Virus record (IMG/VR): IMGVR_UViG_3300020469_003050
Span: 1 to 64,000 of that record
DNA length: 64,000 bases
Direction: 5' to 3' (one strand)
The translations under genes were made by a program, and so were the position numbers. The first letter of the stretch is position 1. The number at the start of each line of letters is the position of its first letter. Below are positions 56,066-64,000 of this stretch, piece after piece. The notes beneath the pieces are model-generated. The model did no database searches and was not told where the DNA came from. It saw only the letters and a list, made by a program, of their open reading frames with translations.

Positions 56066-57384
56066 ATGAAATAAATCCAAATCTTCATAATTTATATAAT
56101 ACGATGTGTTTCAAAAACTGGAACGACATTATTATATCCTTACCTCAAAGAACTGTTAAGTGGTGTTGTAAAACTCAATACACTAACAAACAAATGGAAG
56201 AACTTACGTTTGATTACAATACACTTACAGAAGATTTCTTATTCAATCACCCTATACTTCAAAAAAGAAAGTACGACTTAAGTGGAGGTACACGTAGTCC
56301 TGATTGCGTAGGTTGTTGGCGAACAGAAGATGCTGGTGGCAGTAGTGTAAGAACTGAATATAATAAGAATTTTGATTATCGTTTAAAAAGACAATATCAA
56401 AAAGCAGGTAATCACCCTAATTTAGCAAAACAGTTCCATAGAGATATGATGGAACATGATAACTTTAAATTCATTGAAATAGAACTAACAAACAAATGTA
56501 ATATGGCATGTGTTTATTGTTGGGGAGGTTCTAGTACTCGTTGGCAGAAAGAATTAGGTCAAAGATTTCCAGATACAGATGATGCAATGTTTGATAAGAC
56601 ACTAGAGATATTAAACGGATATTGGGATAAGAAACTTGTAGGTCAAGGTCATGTTAATTTTAGTTTGCTAGGTGGTGAGCCATTCTTTACTGACCATATG
56701 TTTAGATTTATTGAAAACTTTATGATGAATATTAACGACACACATAGGGAAGGACAGATAGTAGTAATTACAGTTACAACTAATTTAAACTTTCCTAAAA
56801 AGAAATTTGATAAATTTATTGAACTAGTAAATCGAACACCAAATATACGTTATGAAATGCAACTATCGGGTGAAGCATTACATAGACAGAGTGAGTTAAT
56901 TAGGTGGGGATTAGACTTTGCTAAATGGGACGAGAATTTAGATTTATTCTTTGAGAAATCAAAAGAAATAGATAATTTAGTATTGGGATTTGGTTGTGCC
57001 CATAACAGTTTAAGTCTTCCTTATTTTAAAGACTTCTTAGTATATCTTAATGACAAGATAAACAAATATGATTATGATAAGACAATATTAATGCATCAAA
57101 ATTGGGTAGATAATCCAGAGCATTTAGCGATAGATTCATTAGAGCCTCATCATGCAGATACAGTACAAGAACAAATAGAGTATTTTAAGAATATGTCTGG
57201 TAATTTTTATAAGAAACAAAGATATATTGGATTAATGAATACAATGAAAGACTTAGTAGCGAGTGAAGTACCAGAAAAGACTAAGTTACTTGCTCAAAAA
57301 CAGTTTAAAATGCTAGAGGATAGAAGAAAAATCTCATATTCAGAGCATTTCCCTCACTTCAATGAACTAGTAAATTTAAAATAA
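56062..57384 (+). CDS. radical SAM protein with N-terminal Cys cluster
   Basis: CNMACVYC, GGEP, TTN; N-terminal C..WCC..CVGC. Confidence 0.9.
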   Translation: MNEINPNLHNLYNTMCFKNWNDIIISLPQRTVKWCCKTQYTNKQMEELTFDYNTLTEDFLFNHPILQKRKYDLSGGTRSPDCVGCWRTEDAGGSSVRTEYNKNFDYRLKRQYQKAGNHPNLAKQFHRDMMEHDNFKFIEIELTNKCNMACVYCWGGSSTRWQKELGQRFPDTDDAMFDKTLEILNGYWDKKLVGQGHVNFSLLGGEPFFTDHMFRFIENFMMNINDTHREGQIVVITVTTNLNFPKKKFDKFIELVNRTPNIRYEMQLSGEALHRQSELIRWGLDFAKWDENLDLFFEKSKEIDNLVLGFGCAHNSLSLPYFKDFLVYLNDKINKYDYDKTILMHQNWVDNPEHLAIDSLEPHHADTVQEQIEYFKNMSGNFYKKQRYIGLMNTMKDLVASEVPEKTKLLAQKQFKMLEDRRKISYSEHFPHFNELVNLK

Positions 57385-57395
57385 TTAATTAATTT

Positions 57396-57403
57396 GATAA
57401 ATA
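57396..57403 (+). promoter_or_regulatory. late promoter GATAAATA
   Basis: 5 nt before ATG 57409 (near-leaderless). Confidence 0.6.
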
Positions 57404-57408
57404 GTATT

Positions 57409-57645
57409 ATGAAAATAAACGAATTATTAGGTGAAAATTTTAGTGGTAGTTTCGCTAGTGTGGCATTTCCAATGACACCGGGAACGAAGGCTAAAGATGC
57501 CAGAAAGGCAGTAGATCCTTTTGGGTATCTAACACCTAAGAATAAAAAGAAACAAGAGAACTATAAGATGGGTTTTTCTGCCGATGTAGGTAACTTAGTT
57601 TATAATAAGCCTGTCAAGAGTCCAATGATTAAGAGAGCAAAATAA
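57409..57645 (+). CDS. small putative internal head protein
   Basis: MKINELLGE N-terminus. Confidence 0.65.
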   Translation: MKINELLGENFSGSFASVAFPMTPGTKAKDARKAVDPFGYLTPKNKKKQENYKMGFSADVGNLVYNKPVKSPMIKRAK

Positions 57646-59525
57646 TGAAACTTACACAATTAACCGAGAGTTTTGTAATCAATAACGATGAGTTTGAAGA
57701 TTACTTAAACCGTGGTACGGAACAACTCAAAACAGAATTAGAAGGTGGCAAGAATGCCCGTGATGCAATACATGATATTGCACAGACATTTTCAAGCCAA
57801 CATAATAAATCATACGAAGCATATGAACGTATGTCAGATAGTCTAGCGGCTAGAATGCACACACTAGATTTAGGTGGTGGTGAAAGTCTTCCTGCAATGG
57901 CTCCTGAAGTTCCAGCAATGGATCCTGAAGCACCAAGTGATATGGACATGTCTCCAGAACAACCAGATATGGATGTGGCTCCAGAACAACCAGGTATGGA
58001 TATGGAAACACCAGATGCAGAAGAAATGCCAAACGATGAAGAAATGGCAGACTATGATGCGGTAATGGCGAATAAGCCTGATGATACAGAAGAAAGTATC
58101 GAAGAATCTTCAACTGCTCTTAAAAATAAAGAAGATTATATGGCTAAACGTAAAGCATTACAAGATATTCAGATGGACCCTGACACAAGTAAAAACGAAG
58201 AACTTAAAAAAGAATTAATGCGTAGAAAAGCAGAACTTGAAGACCAAGCAAAAGCAATGGGTATTAAAGAAGGCACTATGATTGGTGGCTTAATGAAATA
58301 TGATGGTCAACCAGAAGAAGAATATTCTGAGGCTGTTGCAAAATATAATGAGTTTATGTCTAAACCTCGTCCAGCGAGTGAAGAAACAAGTGACATGATT
58401 ATGGGATTTGTTTTTGATGATGAACTATTAGATGATATGTACGTTGCACAAGACGAAGGTAACAAAGATGTTAGACCTATGGTTGCTAAGAGAATGGAAG
58501 AACTTGGTCATGCAAATGAATCAGTTTCAGAAGCAGATGAAAAACCATACATTTGTGTACATGCTGATAAAGGCAAACACGAATGTCATGCGACTTCTTC
58601 ATACGGAGCGGCTAAAAAGGCGGCTGAACATTGGGGAATGAAATCAACTGCTGGTATCGATGCAAATTTGGCAGTAGAAGAATCAGCAATGATTGAAGAA
58701 GGTGCAATGGATACTCTAAAGAAAATTGTAGCAGACAAACAAAACATGCCTGTTAAATTTGATGATGGTCAGATGAAAGTAGATTTATTTACTGCATCGG
58801 CTGTTACACAAGTTTATGATAAAGTAAACGATGCTAACAGAGAAAAAATTGACAACATGCTAAAAACTAAAGCTGGTATGCTTAAGATTGCAGACTTTGC
58901 CTTAGGTTCTATGAAAGAAGGCAAACTAGATACTGCTATGAACGTAGCAAAGAAAGTAGGTCAAGTAGCTGGTAAAGTTAAACAAGGCGCTGACATGGCT
59001 AAGAAAGGTATTGATACTGCAAAAGCTATAGGTAAATCTGGTCCTGCTCAAGCGGCTGGTGGAATTATCGGTAAAGTAGCAAAAGCCGTTGGTGCTGGTA
59101 TACAAAATAAGGCATCAGATTTAACTGGTGGACAAATCAAAAAGTCTAAAGTAAAAGTATTCAATGCAGACGATGTAGCAGACAGAATTGTTAACAATTC
59201 GGCTAGAATTGCAATGTCAGAGTACAATGAATTCTACAAAGAACTAGATAAAGCGGCTAAGCAAGGTAAGAAAGCTGGTGACTCTATCTCAGTTGGTGGT
59301 AAGAACATCAAACTAAAATCTAATCCAAAGAAAATGTCAGACCTAACTGACTCAGACTTTGTAAAGATTGATGCACTTGCACAGAAAGTAAATGAATTGG
59401 CTCCATTAGCCCCATTAGCGGGTGCGGCGGCAAGAGCCATTGGTGGAAAAGTTATCAAAAAAGCGATTAAGGCAAGTCCAGGTGCAAAGTTTGTCAGTGC
59501 AATGACAGGCGGAAATAAAGAATAA
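57645..59525 (+). CDS. multi-module putative internal head/core protein
   Basis: MKLTQLTE start; M/P/D/E-rich linker; modules separated by IEE, IKE, VSE, VEE, MKE, MSE, VNE. Confidence 0.65.
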   Translation: MKLTQLTESFVINNDEFEDYLNRGTEQLKTELEGGKNARDAIHDIAQTFSSQHNKSYEAYERMSDSLAARMHTLDLGGGESLPAMAPEVPAMDPEAPSDMDMSPEQPDMDVAPEQPGMDMETPDAEEMPNDEEMADYDAVMANKPDDTEESIEESSTALKNKEDYMAKRKALQDIQMDPDTSKNEELKKELMRRKAELEDQAKAMGIKEGTMIGGLMKYDGQPEEEYSEAVAKYNEFMSKPRPASEETSDMIMGFVFDDELLDDMYVAQDEGNKDVRPMVAKRMEELGHANESVSEADEKPYICVHADKGKHECHATSSYGAAKKAAEHWGMKSTAGIDANLAVEESAMIEEGAMDTLKKIVADKQNMPVKFDDGQMKVDLFTASAVTQVYDKVNDANREKIDNMLKTKAGMLKIADFALGSMKEGKLDTAMNVAKKVGQVAGKVKQGADMAKKGIDTAKAIGKSGPAQAAGGIIGKVAKAVGAGIQNKASDLTGGQIKKSKVKVFNADDVADRIVNNSARIAMSEYNEFYKELDKAAKQGKKAGDSISVGGKNIKLKSNPKKMSDLTDSDFVKIDALAQKVNELAPLAPLAGAAARAIGGKVIKKAIKASPGAKFVSAMTGGNKE

Positions 59526-59539
59526 TTTCAAAATAACTA

Positions 59540-59568
59540 TTGACTTTCGTAGTCACTTAATGTATTAT
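59540..59568 (+). promoter_or_regulatory. sigma70-type promoter for replication genes
   Basis: TTGACT-N17-TATTAT. Confidence 0.7.
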
Positions 59569-59569
59569 T

Positions 59570-59602
59570 AAAGAGTGTTTCAGAAATGGGACACTCTTTT
59601 TT
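59570..59602 (+). terminator. intrinsic terminator
   Basis: AAAGAGTGTTT...GGACACTCTTT followed by T run. Confidence 0.65.
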
Positions 59603-59621
59603 AACCTAAGGAGGTGACTAT

Positions 59622-59882
59622 ATGTCAATAGATACATTAAGTACAGAAGACAAAGCTAAGTTAAAGCAATTAGTAGATGAGGGATGCTCAGTACTACAAG
59701 AAGTTGACGACCTAAAAGGTGGTCTACGTGATACAGTTAAAGCAATCGCTGATGAGTTTGATATCAAACCAGGTGTTCTAAATAAAGCGATTAGCCTAGC
59801 ACATAAGGCAAAACTAACAGAAGCAAAACAAGACTTTGCTGATGTTGAGGAAGTGTTAGAGACTGTAGGACGTACCCTATAA
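59622..59882 (+). CDS. T4 DsbA-like small dsDNA-binding protein
   Basis: All-helical; KLKQLVDEG...DLK...TVKAIADEFDIKPGVLNKAI; sits before the DNA polymerase. Confidence 0.55.
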   Translation: MSIDTLSTEDKAKLKQLVDEGCSVLQEVDDLKGGLRDTVKAIADEFDIKPGVLNKAISLAHKAKLTEAKQDFADVEEVLETVGRTL

Positions 59883-62672
59883 ATGAGTTATGTAGACGCC
59901 TATTACAACAGAGATAAAGACATTGTTCAAGTCATAGAACGTGTCAATGGAAAACGTGTCTATAACGACTTCCCTGCATGGCGTACATTTTATGTCAAAG
60001 ATCCTAGAGGACAACACACTAGTATTCATGGTGACAAAGTACGTGAGATTAAATGCAAACGATTAAAAGATTTACACAAAGAGCGAAGAATAAACTCAGG
60101 TAAATCACTATACGAAAGCGATATCAAACCAGAAGTAAGATGTTTAAGTGAGAACTACAACGGTGTAGATTCTCCAAAGCTACATGTTGCGTTTTTTGAT
60201 ATCGAGGTAGACTTTGATGCAGATAAGGGATTTGCTCCTCCAGAGGATCCCTTTATGCCTATCACTGCAATTACTGTTTATCTACAGTGGTTAGATAAAC
60301 TAGTTACGTTTGCTATCCCTCCTAAGCATATGCAAGAAGGAGAAGGTCTAGAGGAAGCAGAACGAATCTGTAAACAATTCGATGATACATTTTTATATCT
60401 TGACGAAGTAGATATGTTAAATGACTTCATTGCATTAATTGATGATGCAGATGTTGTATCTGGTTGGAACTCAGAAGGTTTTGATATCCCATATACAGTT
60501 AGACGTATTACTCGTATGATGAGTAAATCACATACACGTAAACTTTGTTTGTGGGATTTACTTCCACACGAAAGACGGGTAGTTAAGTATGGTAGAGAAC
60601 AAATCACATATGACTTGTCAGGTCGTATTCACTTAGACTATCTTGAACTTTATCGTAAGTATACATATCATGAAATGCATTCATATTCACTTGATGCTAT
60701 TGGTGAGTATGAACTTGGTGAAAACAAAGTTCCATATGATGGAACTCTTGACCAATTATACAACAGAGATTTTTACAAGTACATTGAATATAACAGACAA
60801 GACGTTGCACTACTAGGCAACTTAGATAAAAAATTACAATTCATTGACTTAGCAAATGAGATTGCACACGACAACACAGTTAATATCAAAACAACTATGG
60901 GTGCAGTTGCAGTTACAGAACAAGCGATTATTAATGAGGCACATCGTAGAGATATGGTCGTGCCTGATAGAAAAGCTAAAGATTGGGGAGAAGATGATAT
61001 CGAACCAACTGATGCAGAACTAGAAGAAGCAGAGAAACAAAAAGCCGCAGGTGCTTTTGTGGCAAATCCAAAGACAGGTATTCAACGATGGGTATCAGGT
61101 ATTGATATCAATTCACTTTATCCTTCAATCATTCGTGCATTGAATATGTCTCCAGAAACTATTGTTGCACAACTTGAGCCAACTCTAACAGAGAAGATGA
61201 TTGGTGATAGAATTGCACATGGTAGACGAAATGGTAGTAAAGGTTTCGGTGCGGCTCAGGCTTGGGAAGATACGTTTAGTGCAGAAGAATTCAGACTAGT
61301 CAATGAAAAAGATAAGACAGAAAAGATTAATCTTAAATTAGAGTCAGGCGAAGTAGCAGACATGACTGGTGCAGAGATACATAACTTAGTATTTCATAGC
61401 GACTTGCAATGGGCTATTACTGCCAATGGCACTGTTCTTAAACAAGACGTACAAGGTATCATTCCTAGTTTATTAGAACGTTGGTATGCTGAACGTAAGA
61501 TACTACAAACGAACAAGAAGAAAGCTATTGAAGAAGGTGATAAAGAAAAGATTGCGTTCTGGGATAAACGACAACTAGTTAAAAAGATTAACTTGAATAG
61601 TTTGTATGGTGCGATTCTAAATCCAGGGTGTCGTTTCTATGATAAACGTATTGGTCAGAGTACAACTCTATCTGGTCGTTGTATCACAAGACATATGGGT
61701 GCTAAAACTAATGAAGTAATTGCTGGTACTTATGACTACAAAGGCGAGTCCATCATCTATGGCGATACAGATAGTATCTATTATTCTATGTATCCTGTTT
61801 ACAAGGAAGACATTGATGAAGGTAAGATTGAATGGACTAGAGAAAAAGTTATTGAACTGTATGATGAGATTGCAAATCAAGTCAATGCAAGTTTCCCTGA
61901 CTTTATGAAAGACTTCTTTAATTCTCCACGTAAGCAAGGTGAAATTATTGCGGCAGGTCGAGAGAACTGTGCAAGTATGGGTATCTTTATTAAGAAGAAA
62001 CGTTATGCAATGCTTATTTTTGATGATGAGGGTGTAAGAAAAGACGTAGATGGTAAACCTGGTAAAGTAAAAGCTATGGGTCTCGACTTGAAACGTAGTG
62101 ATACTCCTGATTATATGCAGAACTTTTTGAGTGATGTTCTTGTTAAAATTTTAACAGACGGAACGGAACAAGACGTAATCGAAATGGTTAAAGAGTTTAA
62201 AAAAGAATTCAGAGCAAAGCCTGGTTGGGAAAAGGGTACTCCTAAACGTGTTAACAATCTTACTATGTATAGAAATAAAGTAAAAAAGATTGCAAAGCAA
62301 CAAGGCAAAGATTTCAAACTAGAAGGCGAAGATAATAAGAAAGATAAAATTCATTTGCCAGGTCATGTCAGTGCGGCTTTGAATTGGAATACATTACGTG
62401 AACTTCATGCAGACAAATACTCTATTGAGATTGTTGATGGTATGAAAACTATTGTATGTAAACTAAAACCTAATGCGTTAAAAATGACAAGTGTTGCATA
62501 TCCAATTGATGAAAAACGTATCCCTGAATGGTTTCAAGAACTTCCTTTTGATGATGAGTTAATGGAAGCAACAATCATTGATAAGAAACTAGATAATCTT
62601 ATTGGTGTTCTTAAGTGGGACCTAAGTGATGCTGATGCATCTGAACAATTTACAAATCTATTTGAGTTTTAA
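59883..62672 (+). CDS. family B DNA polymerase (gp43-like)
   Basis: FFDIE, GWNSEGFD, YNRQD, DINSLYPS, KINLNSLYG, YGDTDS, KKRY. Confidence 0.97.
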   Translation: MSYVDAYYNRDKDIVQVIERVNGKRVYNDFPAWRTFYVKDPRGQHTSIHGDKVREIKCKRLKDLHKERRINSGKSLYESDIKPEVRCLSENYNGVDSPKLHVAFFDIEVDFDADKGFAPPEDPFMPITAITVYLQWLDKLVTFAIPPKHMQEGEGLEEAERICKQFDDTFLYLDEVDMLNDFIALIDDADVVSGWNSEGFDIPYTVRRITRMMSKSHTRKLCLWDLLPHERRVVKYGREQITYDLSGRIHLDYLELYRKYTYHEMHSYSLDAIGEYELGENKVPYDGTLDQLYNRDFYKYIEYNRQDVALLGNLDKKLQFIDLANEIAHDNTVNIKTTMGAVAVTEQAIINEAHRRDMVVPDRKAKDWGEDDIEPTDAELEEAEKQKAAGAFVANPKTGIQRWVSGIDINSLYPSIIRALNMSPETIVAQLEPTLTEKMIGDRIAHGRRNGSKGFGAAQAWEDTFSAEEFRLVNEKDKTEKINLKLESGEVADMTGAEIHNLVFHSDLQWAITANGTVLKQDVQGIIPSLLERWYAERKILQTNKKKAIEEGDKEKIAFWDKRQLVKKINLNSLYGAILNPGCRFYDKRIGQSTTLSGRCITRHMGAKTNEVIAGTYDYKGESIIYGDTDSIYYSMYPVYKEDIDEGKIEWTREKVIELYDEIANQVNASFPDFMKDFFNSPRKQGEIIAAGRENCASMGIFIKKKRYAMLIFDDEGVRKDVDGKPGKVKAMGLDLKRSDTPDYMQNFLSDVLVKILTDGTEQDVIEMVKEFKKEFRAKPGWEKGTPKRVNNLTMYRNKVKKIAKQQGKDFKLEGEDNKKDKIHLPGHVSAALNWNTLRELHADKYSIEIVDGMKTIVCKLKPNALKMTSVAYPIDEKRIPEWFQELPFDDELMEATIIDKKLDNLIGVLKWDLSDADASEQFTNLFEF

Positions 62673-63455
62673 ATGTGTAAAGTAGGAATAGTCGGGTCTA
62701 GTTATAGTGTAGGCAGACATCATAATTATGAAACTAAAGAAAACAATTTAGCATTGCCTTTCGAAGAATGGCTAAATCAATACACAACTAATATAAAGTT
62801 TTTTAATTCTGCTTGTTCAAGCAAAGGTACAGAACTTTACCTAAATAAGATTGTGTACTTAAAAGAAAAACATGACATTGATATTTTATTAATGGAGTTA
62901 GTAAACAATAGGTCACAGTTGAACTTTAAATGTCTTAGTCAACCTTATAAAAGAATAGAAGAAGTAAGTGATATGTCTGTTATCGAAGATGATGTGTATA
63001 GAGATTCAGCATCTATGTATGAATTTATGAGAGCATTAACGCAAGATATGGAAGAAGACTGGTTTGCAAAAACTAAGAAGGCTTTTATGTATTGGAAAGA
63101 AACACAAGAACAAATGGCTGTAAGCAATATGTCATTAGAATTTTGGGGTATGTTAGATGTATATCAAGCAATCAAACTATGTAAACTATTGAATATAAAA
63201 GTTGTAACATGGCATAAGTCTTGGGACTTTTTTGTTCATCCAGGCTTTAAATCAATGTTGGGTGATTCACTGTATGTAGATTTTAATGGTAAGAATGCAC
63301 ACGATTATTACGCAGAAAAGTATGGTGAAGAAAAAATACTTTGTGATGAAACACACTTTAATGACTTTGCCAATGAAGAAATGGTAAGAGACTTTATTGC
63401 ACCTGTATTAGAAAGAGCAAAAAAGATTGTTAATGTTAACAGGATGTCAAGGTAA
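62673..63455 (+). CDS. hypothetical protein, possible SGNH-hydrolase-like
   Basis: GSSYS near the N-terminus, DxxH (DETH) near the C-terminus. Confidence 0.5.
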   Translation: MCKVGIVGSSYSVGRHHNYETKENNLALPFEEWLNQYTTNIKFFNSACSSKGTELYLNKIVYLKEKHDIDILLMELVNNRSQLNFKCLSQPYKRIEEVSDMSVIEDDVYRDSASMYEFMRALTQDMEEDWFAKTKKAFMYWKETQEQMAVSNMSLEFWGMLDVYQAIKLCKLLNIKVVTWHKSWDFFVHPGFKSMLGDSLYVDFNGKNAHDYYAEKYGEEKILCDETHFNDFANEEMVRDFIAPVLERAKKIVNVNRMSR

Positions 63456-64000
63456 TGTCATACACTGAACTAATAAATCGTAGAGCAACTAATGAGTCTT
63501 CTGATGAATGTTACACTCCAGAAGACCAAGTTATGCCTTTACTCAAATACTTGGATAAGGAGAAAACTTATTATGAAGCGACTAGTGAAAGAAGTGGTAG
63601 CATTGTGTCGGGATTTCGAAAATTCGGTTATTCTATTGTGCCTTCTGGCTCTAGGGATTTCTTTGATTGTACACGGAGTGATGTCTTTGATGGCATTATA
63701 ACAAATCCACCGTATAGTAAGAAAGACCAGTTTTTAGAACACTGCTATTCTTTAGAAAAACCCTTTGCATTATTACTTCCTGTTACAAGTTTTCAGGGTG
63801 CGAAGCGAGGGAAGATGTTTATGGACAAGGGAATGTCTGCACTTGTGTATAACTATAGGATAGATTTTACTGGAAAAGGATCACCTACTTTTGGGAATGC
63901 TTGGTTTATATGGGGTTTTATGCCTCCTAATCAAATACATTGGGTAGATAATCCAGTAGCAGGAAAAGTTAAAAAGAGTATTGACATTGGTATTGATTAG
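63455..64000 (+). CDS. small N6-adenine methyltransferase-like protein
   Basis: DECYTP, DFF, IITNPPYS (motif IV), ALLLP; TAG stop at the window end. Confidence 0.75.
   Translation: MSYTELINRRATNESSDECYTPEDQVMPLLKYLDKEKTYYEATSERSGSIVSGFRKFGYSIVPSGSRDFFDCTRSDVFDGIITNPPYSKKDQFLEHCYSLEKPFALLLPVTSFQGAKRGKMFMDKGMSALVYNYRIDFTGKGSPTFGNAWFIWGFMPPNQIHWVDNPVAGKVKKSIDIGID

Noticed and set aside
59883-62672. Intein or intron in the DNA polymerase
   Set aside because: Continuous ORF; no splice-junction or homing-endonuclease motifs seen
1-64000. Alternative genetic code (stop-codon recoding)
   Set aside because: Genes are full length under the standard code, TAG and TGA both end genes, and no suppressor tRNA is seen

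Overview
64 kb of an AT-rich, gene-dense genome of a large T4-related tailed dsDNA phage, probably marine and probably infecting an alphaproteobacterium (inference). Core phage genes: clamp loader, family B DNA polymerase, PhoH, a DsbA-like DNA-binding protein, a probable spanin pair and a block of large fibre/structural genes (17.6-30.4 kb). Six CCA-ending tRNAs (Trp, Thr, Leu, Gly, Ala, Asp). Many host-type accessory genes: IF-1, an Smr domain, DnaJ-ClpA, HscB/IscA/ErpA/IscU/ACP, an ExbB/MotA-like module, pseudoazurin, DoxX, a Na+:solute symporter, two radical SAM enzymes and a reverse-strand tailoring-enzyme cassette. Two promoter classes are visible: sigma70-type and T4-late-type (G/T)ATAAATA. 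The most striking element is the late block at 49.8-59.5 kb. Its ORFs start with a T4 capsid-targeting-like N-terminus and look like strings of domains joined by phi-x-E linkers resembling prohead-protease sites. One 1216-aa ORF joins ParB/Srx, Mesh1/SpoT-type HD hydrolase, CCA-adding enzyme and HAD phosphatase domains; I infer a virion-packaged tRNA 3'-end/alarmone rescue polyprotein. Other signals: apparent avoidance of GCWGC, early promoters with a fixed-position GANTC (GcrA/CcrM-like) box, an anti-SD switch spanning a late promoter, and a pseudoknotted 5' UTR. All protein assignments are by motif recognition only; no searches were run.
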